Part shown: in pieces, positions 1 through 10,400 of the stretch
Layout of the letters: every line of letters begins with the position of its first letter
Position numbering within the stretch: the stretch's first letter is position 1
IMG/VR virus record: IMGVR_UViG_3300030330_002711
Span: 1 to 24,525 of that record
DNA from: a virus
Taxonomy: Duplodnaviria > Caudoviricetes
DNA length: 24,525 nucleotides
Strand: one strand, 5' to 3'
Made by a program: the position numbers and the translations under genes
The notes under the pieces: model-generated
The model's input: the letters and a program-made list of their open reading frames with translations, nothing else
Told to the model about the DNA's origin: nothing
Database searches by the model: none

Positions 1-1
1 T

Positions 2-76
2 CAAGAAGGTAAGGTAAACCAGGTAAGTGTGAATGGTGGTACATCTTCAATCATCAATATCAAGCAAGGTAGTTAA
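2..76 (+). CDS. 3' end of an upstream CDS (…QEGKVNQVSVNGGTSSIINIKQGS*), reminiscent of C-termini of FecR-domain proteins of marine phages
   Basis: Open frame from the window edge to TAA at 74-76. The family resemblance is from memory of a 24-aa fragment only. Confidence 0.4.
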   Translation, partial: QEGKVNQVSVNGGTSSIINIKQGS

Positions 77-107
77 AATATTGATCTATTTGAGTTAAAC
101 TAAATAT

Positions 108-533
108 ATGGGCATACAAACAAACATAATACTAGGTGGTTTATTGATAGCGAGTTTGGGTGCAAGTGCTTTGTATATAAACTTACAGAAGTCACAAATA
201 GAAAAATTACAAGTAGAATTGAATGTTGCTGTACAGAATCAAAAAGTCTTGGAGAATACTGTAGTTGAACAAAACGAAAACATGAAACAGCAACTAGAGA
301 ATCAAAAACAAAATCAAGAAAAGATAAGAGAACTTACAGAAACAAGCAATAAAGCAAACGAAGAAGTTAAAAAACTCAGAAATACGTTTGCAAGACATGA
401 CTTAAACAATCTTGCTATTGCGAAACCTGGATTGATGGAAGGAATAGTCAACCGAGGTACAAAAAAGGTAAACTCTGAACTTATAGAACTTACTAATCCA
501 GGACAATTTGATGAAGAAGTTATTATTAATTAG
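108..533 (+). CDS. Putative inner-membrane spanin (Rz-like)
   Basis: Single N-terminal TM helix (IILGGLLIASLGASALYI), long Q/E/N/K coiled coil, overlaps a downstream lipoprotein gene, near the endolysin. Confidence 0.7.
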   Translation: MGIQTNIILGGLLIASLGASALYINLQKSQIEKLQVELNVAVQNQKVLENTVVEQNENMKQQLENQKQNQEKIRELTETSNKANEEVKKLRNTFARHDLNNLAIAKPGLMEGIVNRGTKKVNSELIELTNPGQFDEEVIIN

Positions 534-900
534 CATTTTATTTTTATCTGGCTGTTCTACTTACGGAAATTTGTTTGACAAAGAACCAGAAACAAAACAA
601 GTAGAAATAATTACTGTAACAGAACCAGCACCTATATATCACCCACCTTTACCAGAGGTTCTAAGTCCAGCAGAAATAAAATGGAAAGTGTTAAATCCAG
701 AAACAATGAGGAATTACATCGAAGATTACGACAAAGGTGATGCACCTGCTGTTGCATACTACAGTTTGACTGCACAAGGCTATCAAAATTTATCTAACAA
801 TATTGCAGACATAAAAAGGTATATAAGACAATCTCTTACTATAATAGAATATTACAGAGAGAACGATCAGACTAATCAAGAGGTGAAAGATAATGAGTAA
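508..900 (+). CDS. Putative outer-membrane spanin lipoprotein (Rz1-like)
   Basis: MKK + hydrophobic signal + lipobox LSGC, Pro-rich segment (PAPIYHPPLP), start overlaps the 3' end of the i-spanin candidate. Confidence 0.7.
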   Translation: MMKKLLLISILFLSGCSTYGNLFDKEPETKQVEIITVTEPAPIYHPPLPEVLSPAEIKWKVLNPETMRNYIEDYDKGDAPAVAYYSLTAQGYQNLSNNIADIKRYIRQSLTIIEYYRENDQTNQEVKDNE

Positions 901-1273
901 ATCTCCAGATGCTTTTGTATACAGAGCAACGCTAGATCGCGTTGTAGATGGCGATACTTTTGATTGTATATTAGACCTAGGGTTTGATGTAAAACTCCAT
1001 AAACAGCGCGTTAGGCTTCACGGTATTGACACCCCCGAATCACGTACTAGAGATTTAGCTGAAAAGAAACTAGGATTAGCTGCAAAAGAAAGGTTAAAAG
1101 AACTTTGTAAAGGATCTTTCAAAGTTAAATCTCTTGGCAAGGGCAAGTATGGCCGTATACTCGGTATTCCTTATACAGAAGATGGTGAAGATATTTGCCA
1201 AATGTTGATAAAAGAAGGACATGCAGTAGAATATCACGGTGGTAAGAAAGTAAAAGTATGGGGAGATTACTGA
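893..1273 (+). CDS. Thermonuclease (SNase-like) family nuclease
   Basis: RVVDGDT, VRLHGIDTPE, GKYGRILG and LIKEGHA motifs; no signal peptide. Confidence 0.9.
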   Translation: MSKSPDAFVYRATLDRVVDGDTFDCILDLGFDVKLHKQRVRLHGIDTPESRTRDLAEKKLGLAAKERLKELCKGSFKVKSLGKGKYGRILGIPYTEDGEDICQMLIKEGHAVEYHGGKKVKVWGDY

Positions 1274-1716
1274 TGAATATTTCAGAAGAAGGTTTGTCAC
1301 TTATAAAGAAGTTCGAGGGTTGCGAACTCAAAGCCTATAGATGTGCTGCAAATGTTTTGACTATTGGTTACGGCACAACAAAAGGTGTCACCGAGGATAT
1401 GGAAATAACCAAAGAAGAAGCAGAGTCAATCCTAAAAGAAGAAATGCATGAATATGAAGGTTACATCAACGATATGGTTAAAGTGCCTCTGAAACAAAAC
1501 CAATTTGACGCGATGGTATCTTGGGTATTCAATTTAGGCAGTACAAACTTATCCTCTTCTACTTTATTGAAAAAATTAAATAATTCAGAGTATGATGAAG
1601 TACCAAGCCAAATAAAAAGATGGAACAAAGCAGGCGGTAAAGTTCTTGATGGTTTAATCAGGCGTAGAGAGGCAGAGGCTCTTTTGTTTGAAGGTAAAGA
1701 ATGGGAAAACGTGTAG
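1273..1716 (+). CDS. Endolysin, GH24 (T4/P21-type) lysozyme
   Basis: E-x8-C-x5-T triad (FEGCELKAYRCAANVLTIGYG), NQFDAMVSWVFNLG, GLIRRREAE. Start placed at the TGATG overlap (1273) after GGAG rather than at 1258. Confidence 0.93.
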   Translation: MNISEEGLSLIKKFEGCELKAYRCAANVLTIGYGTTKGVTEDMEITKEEAESILKEEMHEYEGYINDMVKVPLKQNQFDAMVSWVFNLGSTNLSSSTLLKKLNNSEYDEVPSQIKRWNKAGGKVLDGLIRRREAEALLFEGKEWENV

Positions 1717-3582
1717 ATGCCATTTACAAAAGTACAATTTAGACCTGGTATATATAGAGAGGGAACTGCTTACGATAACGAGGGCGGTTGGTTTGATTGT
1801 AACTTAATTAGATTCAGAGATGGCAGAGTAGAAAAATTTGGCGGTTGGGAAAAATTATCAAGTCAAACATTCTTAGGTAACGCAAGAGCCTTACACAATT
1901 GGTTAAGTCTTGGCAGTAATTTGTATCTTGGTATAGGAACTACTGTCAAATATTACATAAAAGATGGCGATAACTATAACGACATCACACCAATACGCAA
2001 AACTTCAACCAACAGTATAACTTTCTCTGCAACAAATGGCTCTTCAACTATTACGGCAACTGATAGCTCGCATGGAGCAGTACAAGGTGATTTCGTCACT
2101 ATTTCAGGCGCAGTCAGTCTTGGCGGCAATATAACTGCTGCTGTTTTAAATCAAGAATATGAAATAGCTACAACACCTAGCGCAGACACATACACTTTTG
2201 TCGCTAAAAATACGAGTGGTGTGACTGTAACAGCGAACGCAAGTGACTCTGGCAACGGAGGTAGTGGCGTTGATGGCAGTTATCAAATAAATGTTGGTCT
2301 TGATGTATATGTGACATCTGCTGGATGGGGTTCTGGCACTTGGGGTGCTGGAACTTGGGGTTCAACAAGCGCACTGTCAGCTAACGGACAACTAAGATTA
2401 TGGACGCACGATAATTTTGGCGAAAATTTAATTATAAATCCTAGAGGTGGCGGTATATACAGGTGGGTAGAAAACAACGGAACATCTACAAGAGCTGTAG
2501 AGCTTGCAACGACGACAGGTGCAAATTTAGTTCCTACCGTTGGATTACAGGTACTTGCATCTGAAGTTGATAGGCATTTAGTAGTATTAGGTGCTGACCC
2601 AATATCAGGCAGTACGCGCACTGGCGCAGTTGATCCGATGTTAGTCGCTTTTTCCGATCAAGAAAACGAACTGGAATTTGAACCATTAATCACTAATAGT
2701 GCAGGTTCTGTAAGGCTATCAAGCGGTTCTCAGATAATCGGTGGCGTAAAATCTAGGCAAGAGATAGTAATATTCACTGACACATCTGTATATAGCATGC
2801 AATTTGTAGGGCCACCATTTACTTTTGCTATTAATTTAATAAATGAGGCTAGTGGATTGATAGGGCCAAAAGCTGCTGTCGTTGATGAAAGTGGCGTATA
2901 TTTTATGAGTTATGGTGCTTTCTACGTCTATAACGGTTCAGTACAAAAATTACCTTGTTCCGTTAAGAATTATGTCTTTTCAGATATAAACGACGGTCAA
3001 GCATTTAAAATACATGCTTTTACAAATCTTGAACACAACGAAGTTGGGTGGTTTTATCCATCATCCTCTAGTACAGAGATTGATAGATACGTAATTTACA
3101 ATACGCAAGAAAAAATCTGGTATTACGGTAATTTATCTAGGACTGCTTGGTTGGACTCTGGTGTTGTCAGCTATCCACAAGCTGCAAGCAGTAATCACAT
3201 ATTCCAACATGAGGTAGGCTTTGACGACGATGGTAGTGCAATGACAGGTGTGTTTGTTGAATCAAGCGATTTTGCAATTGACAGTGGCGAAAACTTTACT
3301 TCTATATCATCTTTAATACCAGATATTAAGTTTTTACAAGATCAAAACGGTGGATCTATCAATATAGTAACCAAAGTGAGAAACTTTCCAGGTGATTCTC
3401 TCACTACGGAAGCAACCTCGGAAATTAGTTCATCTACGCAAAAAAAAGATATAAGAGCTAGGGGTAGGCAAGCAGTTCTTCGTGTTGAATCAAACGACGA
3501 TCAATCTGGAAATGGGAATTTATCAATCGGGTGGAGATTAGGTACAACTAGGTACAATATAAGACCAGATGGTAAAAGATAA
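1717..3582 (+). CDS. Virion structural protein, probable tail nozzle/DNA-stabilization protein (P22 gp10 / T7 gp12 position)
   Basis: 621 aa, beta-rich, S/T/G-rich insert (TITATDSSHGAVQGDFVTISGA), GWGSGTWGAGTWG repeat, located just before ejection-type genes. Confidence 0.7.
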   Translation: MPFTKVQFRPGIYREGTAYDNEGGWFDCNLIRFRDGRVEKFGGWEKLSSQTFLGNARALHNWLSLGSNLYLGIGTTVKYYIKDGDNYNDITPIRKTSTNSITFSATNGSSTITATDSSHGAVQGDFVTISGAVSLGGNITAAVLNQEYEIATTPSADTYTFVAKNTSGVTVTANASDSGNGGSGVDGSYQINVGLDVYVTSAGWGSGTWGAGTWGSTSALSANGQLRLWTHDNFGENLIINPRGGGIYRWVENNGTSTRAVELATTTGANLVPTVGLQVLASEVDRHLVVLGADPISGSTRTGAVDPMLVAFSDQENELEFEPLITNSAGSVRLSSGSQIIGGVKSRQEIVIFTDTSVYSMQFVGPPFTFAINLINEASGLIGPKAAVVDESGVYFMSYGAFYVYNGSVQKLPCSVKNYVFSDINDGQAFKIHAFTNLEHNEVGWFYPSSSSTEIDRYVIYNTQEKIWYYGNLSRTAWLDSGVVSYPQAASSNHIFQHEVGFDDDGSAMTGVFVESSDFAIDSGENFTSISSLIPDIKFLQDQNGGSINIVTKVRNFPGDSLTTEATSEISSSTQKKDIRARGRQAVLRVESNDDQSGNGNLSIGWRLGTTRYNIRPDGKR

Positions 3583-3911
3583 TGGCGAAGCTCTTAGAGA
3601 CTCGTCTGCCAATAGAATCAAACGATTTTACCAGAAGAGAGATATTTAATAGATTAGTAAGAATATTAGAAATAAACTTAGGTAGTTTTGATCCCAATAA
3701 CACACCGCAGTTTAACGATCAGCAAATAAGCACTTTAGCTTTTAAACAAGGTGATGTAATATGGAACACATCTATTGGCGTGTTGCAAGTATATACGGGC
3801 AACAAATGGATACAGCTTCATAATCCAGCTAATCCACAAGGATATGAACTGCAAGCAAATATAGGGAGTGTTTCTGTCAAAACTAATGGAAATATTTCTA
3901 TAAATGTGTGA
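3582..3911 (+). CDS. Hypothetical virion-module protein
   Basis: TAATG coupling; GDVIWNTSIGVLQVYTGNKW resembles tail/fibre-associated motifs. Confidence 0.7.
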   Translation: MAKLLETRLPIESNDFTRREIFNRLVRILEINLGSFDPNNTPQFNDQQISTLAFKQGDVIWNTSIGVLQVYTGNKWIQLHNPANPQGYELQANIGSVSVKTNGNISINV

Positions 3912-3944
3912 TATTCCTAATAATATTATGTGGCTGGAAAATAT

Positions 3945-4964
3945 ATGTTAAGTACCATAACAAACGCAATAACATCTGTCTTTAGTAATAAAGCAGCAAA
4001 AGACGCAATCATAAATGCAGCGATCACCAAAGTTGCAGGCGGTTCTGATAGAGCTGCTATTACAGCAGGACTAGGCACATTCGCCTCTCAAGAATATGGG
4101 ATACCTGGAATACCAGATTTTCTAGGAACGCCACCAATCAATCCCAACGCTCCTGATCCGAGATCATTTGCCGAGGCACAAAAAGGTATCATTGCTGGCA
4201 TAGAAGAATTTGATAGATTGATTGAACAAGCTGACAGAGTTGGAGATCCAGCGTTAGCGAATGAATATGCAAAAGGCAAAGGAGCTTTACAAAAACAACT
4301 TGCAGATATTAATAAACAAATTGCTACAACAACTACACCTGTTAAAACTGGAGGGACACCAGAGTTTATAAAAAATATTGGTGATTATTTTGGTTTCGGT
4401 GGATTAGAAGATTTAAAAGAAAAATACTTAGATAAAGATAGTAGATTTAGAACACCATTAGGTAAAGGACTACCATCACCTTCAGGTTTGGCTTTACCTG
4501 CTTTTTTGGGTCTTTTAGCGTATGATCGAGCAAAAGATAAAAGAGGTGGTATTGCACTAACTCCACAAGTGATGATGGATTCACTAGGTAGATACCAACT
4601 AGCAAGCGATATGGGGACTGGCGGTACAAGAGCAGAATTTGGTCTTGGGCCTAAACCTTCAGTTTTAAATGTAGCTGGTGGCGGTGAAATTAACAGACAA
4701 TATTTTAATCAAGGCGGTATAGCCGAACTTGATATGAGAGATGGTGGAGAATCAGCAGGTCCTGGAACTGGCACATCAGATGATATACCAGCGATGTTAA
4801 GCGATGGTGAATATGTAATGACTGCAAAAGCAACAAGAGGTGCAGGTGCATTTGATCTATCAAAATCAGATTCAGGCATCACTCTAGTAAAAACAGATAA
4901 CCCAGACAGAGAACGCGGTGTAGCAAACATGCGCGAGTTAATGAATATATTTGAGGAAATTTAA
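3945..4964 (+). CDS. Putative internal virion (ejection) protein
   Basis: G/A-rich, GPGTGTSDDIPAMLSDGEYV motif familiar from phage tape-measure/internal proteins. ATG 3945 preferred; GTG 3930 possible. Confidence 0.65.
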   Translation: MLSTITNAITSVFSNKAAKDAIINAAITKVAGGSDRAAITAGLGTFASQEYGIPGIPDFLGTPPINPNAPDPRSFAEAQKGIIAGIEEFDRLIEQADRVGDPALANEYAKGKGALQKQLADINKQIATTTTPVKTGGTPEFIKNIGDYFGFGGLEDLKEKYLDKDSRFRTPLGKGLPSPSGLALPAFLGLLAYDRAKDKRGGIALTPQVMMDSLGRYQLASDMGTGGTRAEFGLGPKPSVLNVAGGGEINRQYFNQGGIAELDMRDGGESAGPGTGTSDDIPAMLSDGEYVMTAKATRGAGAFDLSKSDSGITLVKTDNPDRERGVANMRELMNIFEEI

Positions 4965-6016
4965 TGGAAGTACCAGTAGGCATGAATCCTGTTGTTTATA
5001 ATGTTGAAAGAACAAATGAGATATCTGACCCATTTGTAAGAGAAGCATACTTTGGATCACCAGATACACCAGGAATAATATCTCAAGCTATTGATGCAGC
5101 AAATAGAGTATATGGTACACCTACCCCTATACAACAAACAGCAGGCTTATCGCCACTAGAATTAGAAGCGATGCGAGGAGCATACGCAGGAATTGGTTCT
5201 TTCCAACCATTTCTAGATGCAAACCAAAGAGCAATACTAGAAAGTTTTGGTTTGACTAGAGATGCAACTGGTGTGGCAAGACGCGCTGCGGATATGAGAT
5301 TTGATCCATCAACGATGATTCAAGACTATTTTGATCCATATGAAGATAGAGTGGTACAGCAGACAATAGATGATGTTTTCAAAGCTGGCGAGATAGCAGA
5401 TGTTGCACAAAGAGCCAGGGACATCCAAGCTGGTGGTGAGTCAGCATTTGGATCAAGAGCAAGACTTACAGCCAAAGAAAGAAGAGAAGCACTCAGCAGA
5501 GGACTTGGACAGGCACTTGCAGGCATACGTTCTGGTGGATTTAGAGATGCCAGAAGCGCAGCCAGAAGCGATTTTGGCGATCAGAGGTCTGCGCAGGAAA
5601 GATTTGGAAATTTCTTAACTGGTGCTGCTACAGGTATTGCAGGATTAGGTGGCCAACTAGGAGGACTAGGCAGTCAAGCTGCAAACCTTGCTAAAGAACA
5701 AAGAGATGAATTAGCAAGGTTAGGAGGGCTGGCAAGAGGTGTTAAACAAACTGGACTAGGCAGAGCATTTGCAGCGCAGACCGCAGATAGATTTGCACCA
5801 CTCTCTGCTGCAAGTTTTGTTAAAGGTTTCTTACCGACATATCAACCAGGAAGAACTCTAGTTACACCAACATACGGTATGCCTCAAGATCCTTTAGCAG
5901 CAGGTATCGGTACATTCTTAGGAACGTACGGAGCGTTAAGCAACACTGACCGAGAAAAAGAAAACCCTTACACAAAAGCAGCTAAAGTATACCAACAATC
6001 ATCAGGTATCGTTTAA
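4964..6016 (+). CDS. Putative internal virion (DNA pilot/ejection) protein
   Basis: A/G/Q-rich helical composition, DPYEDRVV and AFGSRA motifs, glycine-zipper-like hydrophobic segments, TAATG coupling. Confidence 0.65.
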   Translation: MEVPVGMNPVVYNVERTNEISDPFVREAYFGSPDTPGIISQAIDAANRVYGTPTPIQQTAGLSPLELEAMRGAYAGIGSFQPFLDANQRAILESFGLTRDATGVARRAADMRFDPSTMIQDYFDPYEDRVVQQTIDDVFKAGEIADVAQRARDIQAGGESAFGSRARLTAKERREALSRGLGQALAGIRSGGFRDARSAARSDFGDQRSAQERFGNFLTGAATGIAGLGGQLGGLGSQAANLAKEQRDELARLGGLARGVKQTGLGRAFAAQTADRFAPLSAASFVKGFLPTYQPGRTLVTPTYGMPQDPLAAGIGTFLGTYGALSNTDREKENPYTKAAKVYQQSSGIV

Positions 6017-6017
6017 A

Positions 6018-7400
6018 ATGAATGTTTTACAACGTAGAATGTTTTCAAATGGGGGTGATGTAAATATATCATCAGAAATGCAAACATATTTGGATGAAAT
6101 TGGTGTAGACCCAACAGGTAAAACGGTTGACCAAATCAAATCTGAAGTAGATCAAGCAATACAAGATGAATATGCTGATTACAGCAAACTTTTATTTGAT
6201 CCTAGCGATCCATTAGATTATGTTTCTCTTGGATTGATGGCTACTGGTGTAGGAGCTGGAGTGGGGACTGGTATAAAAGCATTGAGGAAAGGCAAAAAGA
6301 TACAAAAAATCGCACAGATGATTAAACAAGCTCGCGAAAGAGCTGCCAAAATTTTTAGAGAAAACCCAATAACATCGACTGCTATAGCAGGCGGCGTAGC
6401 TGTACCTTTAGTAGATGTAGCGACAGATTTCGAGGAACCTCCCGATATGGTACCTCCTGAAAATATAACAGCGGAGCTTGCTGATCTTACAGAACAAGAA
6501 CGTATTAAAAAACAAAACCAAAGTAAAAAACAACGTGAAGTGGATGCCGCAAGAGCTGCAAAAGATGAAAAGGATAAAATCAACGAAACCCTTCGTATTT
6601 TACAAACAAGAGCAGGAGAGTTTGACGAAGCCGAAAAAGAAAGAATATCACAAGAAAGAAGAGACAACGCATTTACTCTAATGCAAGAAATAGGATCTGC
6701 GATGGTAGAAACTGGTCAAATTGACAGAGGGTTGGCGTTAGGAGCAACAAGAGCCTCAAAAAGAATAAGTGAAGAGAAGTTGGCTGAAGAACTAGCTAAA
6801 AAGGAAGCTCAGGAAAAACTTGCTGAAGAATCAAAATTATCTGAATCAGATTATTTAAAAATTACAGAAAGATACCAAGAATCTGCAAGAACTTTATCAA
6901 AGCAAAAAAACCTAGAAAGAATAATACAAGGGATGGAACAAGCAATTTCAACAGGTAATGTAAGTGGTGCAAGAGGGGCTATAGGTAGGCTTATAGACGA
7001 TGTAGCAGGTTTTTCAGGTATAGGTGATGACATAGTAGGTGCAGCAACTAAGGCGGTTGCCGACGGAAGATATTTAGAGGCTCAAGCTATACAAGAAATA
7101 CTACAAGAATCAGGAAGAACCATATCTGACAGAGATAGAGATTTAATTCGTCAGATGATGGCAAATTTAGAAAGTTTATTTACAGGTAAAGGAGAAGCCT
7201 TAGACGCGCTTTCAAAAGTTAAAATTAATATTAGAGATGCTATGCAGGCTAGTAAATCTGATATTGACGCTTTAAAAAGTAGATACGGTGACAAAATACC
7301 AGAACTATCTAACTACGATAGAATTTATAGTATAAATCCACAGACAAGAGAGGTGGATGAAGATGATGCCGTATTACAAGCGGACGAAATAGATGTCTAA
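6018..7400 (+). CDS. Putative internal virion (ejection) protein
   Basis: 460 aa, coiled-coil rich with a Gly-rich hydrophobic stretch, position in the ejection cluster. Confidence 0.6.
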   Translation: MNVLQRRMFSNGGDVNISSEMQTYLDEIGVDPTGKTVDQIKSEVDQAIQDEYADYSKLLFDPSDPLDYVSLGLMATGVGAGVGTGIKALRKGKKIQKIAQMIKQARERAAKIFRENPITSTAIAGGVAVPLVDVATDFEEPPDMVPPENITAELADLTEQERIKKQNQSKKQREVDAARAAKDEKDKINETLRILQTRAGEFDEAEKERISQERRDNAFTLMQEIGSAMVETGQIDRGLALGATRASKRISEEKLAEELAKKEAQEKLAEESKLSESDYLKITERYQESARTLSKQKNLERIIQGMEQAISTGNVSGARGAIGRLIDDVAGFSGIGDDIVGAATKAVADGRYLEAQAIQEILQESGRTISDRDRDLIRQMMANLESLFTGKGEALDALSKVKINIRDAMQASKSDIDALKSRYGDKIPELSNYDRIYSINPQTREVDEDDAVLQADEIDV

Positions 7401-10400
7401 GAAAATTAGACTGCCTAATGGTCGTTATATAAAGGTAAAAACTAATGACCTTCAATTAGCCAAAGAACGAGCCGCAGAATACTATCGCCAAGGTGGTGAA
7501 GGCTTTATAGATGCTAAAACTCAAAGGTTAGCCGAAGCATACGACAGTAATTTCGACTACGATACAGGTGTAGATGCTCCTTGGCTTAGAGCTAAACTAG
7601 GAGCGCAAGAAACTTTACTTGGAAAAGAGAAAGTTTTAGAAGAAGCCGTAGGAACGAACGGGTATACGATAGATAGTTCGGGTAAGCTTGCTTTGACACC
7701 GTTAGGCTTAGAAAGAATGGGTATACCTACCTCCACTAATCAAAACGTAGTAATAGATGAAACTGGTTTTGGTTTTGGAGATTTAGCAGATTTTTCTGGC
7801 GTAGTAGGGCCAATAGTGGGATCTATAGCAGGGTCAATAATAACGAGAGGCAGAATAAAACCAAAAGTCCCTGGTATAAAAACTAAAACACTTATGGACA
7901 TAGGTAAAATATCCGTGGGTACAGGAGCAGGTGCAGTAGCAGGAAAATCCAGTGAAGAAGCTTTGGAGTATGTCACTGGATTACAAGATCAAAGTCCTGG
8001 AGAATTAGCTGAATTAGCTGCTCAAGAATTTGCAATAGGAGCTGGTGGAGAATTTGCCTTTGGTGTTGGTGGAAAACTACTGAAATCTGCATTTGGGCAA
8101 AATGCTATAAACGTACAAGGGGCGCAAATAGGTAGGGACAAACTTCTTAAAGCTTCTGCTTTAGCAGGGCCAGGTGTGACAGATGGTAATGATGTTTATA
8201 AAGGTGCCGTCGCATTAGCAGCATTAGAAAGTCCATTAATAGGTAGGTTACAACCAATTTTAGAGACTATAGGTGGTTCTAAATCAAGAGTGAAAGGTTT
8301 AGAAGACACTTTGATAGCAACTTTAAAAAATAATTACAGAGCCACAAACGATTTGACGGAGCAGTTTAGTAAATCTGTAGATGAAATTAAAGCTTCAGGT
8401 TTTGCAGACGCAGCATCTGATGTGGTTGCAGGCAGAGCAATACGGGAAATTTTAGAAAAACAAGAATTATCTGCACGTAAAGCATTAGATGTAGCTGAAT
8501 CCAAATTAGATGAAACAGTTAGTAATATTTTGAGAAATATGGATGCTTTCGCAACGCCAGCTACCACAGAGACTGGCTTCGCAATAAGAGAGTTTACTGA
8601 ACAAGCTTACAAGAGTTGGAAAGATACTTCTGATGATTTATATGCTCAAGTGAATAAATTTTTTGAAAAAGATGTAAATCTTGTTGATTTAGCTGCTGAA
8701 TCTGGTAAATCTGTAGAAGAATTTTCCGCTTTACTACCAAGAGGAGGCAAGATAACCGAACAGCTTGAATGGATAGATGCCACACCAATTAGAACATATG
8801 CAGATTTACTTGACGCAAAATTAATAGGTAAAGGAGTATCTGAAGAAGACGAAATTAGAAAAAGTTTACAGTTTTTAAAAGATTTAGGTGGTAACGATAG
8901 CACTATTTCATTAGAAAATTTATTAAGAATAAGGTCTGATCTAGCAACTAAAGCAAGAGCTACATCAGAGGGTGTAGATTTTGCAAAGTTTTCGGATATG
9001 GAGAGATCAAATTTTTTAGATTCTATAGATCGTATAATAAACAATCTTGCAGATGGTGACGAGTACGCAGTCAAACTATATGCAAATGCGGTAGGTAGAA
9101 GAAGAGTTACAAAACAATTAGCCAACAAAGTTAAATCTCACATGGATGCCTTAAAAATTGCAAACTCCTATTTTGCAAGAGGCTTACAAGCTTTTGATAG
9201 GCCAACTTTTAAAAGCATTTTGAATGACGCTCAAGCAGGTGGATTTGACACTGACCAAATATTAACTAAAGTCCTCAAAAAAAATAACGGTCAAGATTTG
9301 AAAAGATTTTTAGATACTTTAGATTTTAAAACGGCTGGTATAAGAAAACAATATGACGAACTTGGAAGAGTATCTCGTTCAGGTGAACCAAGCAGAGTGC
9401 CATTCTTAAAAGTAGGTGGTGAAGACATACTTGCTAAAGCAGATATAAAACTAAATCAAACTGTTTTTGAAAATAAAGAACAAGTCAGAAACATGTTGCA
9501 AAGAGAGTTTATTAGGAACCTAGTCAAGAATATAAATCGTACAGGCAACATGAATTACAACAAATTAGCTAACGCCATAGATGGATATGGCACTACTGCT
9601 GATGAATTGTTTGGAGGTTCGGCTGCTAAAAATGAGTTTTTAAAAACACTTAGAGATACAGAAGAACTCGTAAACGTAGGATCACTAGATGAATTCAATA
9701 ATCTAATAACTAGCAAAAGTTCAGCTCAAGGTATACAAGATGCTTTAAAAGAAAGAATTATGGCACAAGCTGATTTACAGGACATACAAAAATTAGATGT
9801 ATTTAGAAGAATACAAAGAGGAACAATAGATTCTGAAGAAATAGTAGCAAAGATATTTAAGCCAGCAAGTTCTGATGAAATTGTAAAAGTAAAAGAATTG
9901 TTAGGTGGGCCAGAATCTGAGGCTTTCAAACAGTTTCAAGAAACGGCGATGCGTAAAATATTGCAAGATGTTGTAAACCCAGGAGAGGATGTAATAACAA
10001 AACTTTTTAACGATGGTGCATTTGTAAAAGCGATTGATAGGTACGGAAGCGAAGTTTTAGAACAAACTTTTGGTGAAGAACAAGCGAAAGCTTTAATCAA
10101 AGCAAAAGACGTGGTGAAATTTGCGATGGATGGAGAAAGGGCTGCTGGCGGTGGATCATTATTTACACAAGGTTTCTTGTTCAGATACATCTTTGATCCA
10201 ATAAGAGCAACTGGAGTATTTACCCCAATAAGAATCATGGCTTCTCTTTTAGGAAGACCACAGGTTATCAAATGGCTTGCTGGAGATGTGTCTAATAAAG
10301 AGTTCGCAAGACAAATACCTACTTTACTTGATTACTATGGTGTGGCTTTCCCAGCTGCAAAAGTTGGCGCATCACAACTTGGTATCAGGGAAGTTGTAGA

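Noticed and set aside
1273-1716. Cys in place of the catalytic Asp in the lysozyme as a sign of inactivation
   Set aside because: E-x8-(D/C)-x5-T is an established variant among GH24 phage lysozymes
1094-10271. Antisense and shifted ORFs in the structural region (e.g. 2283-2621, 6218-6667, 8646-9128, 9936-10271)
   Set aside because: Shadows of long real genes with S/A/P-rich antisense composition and no SD or motifs
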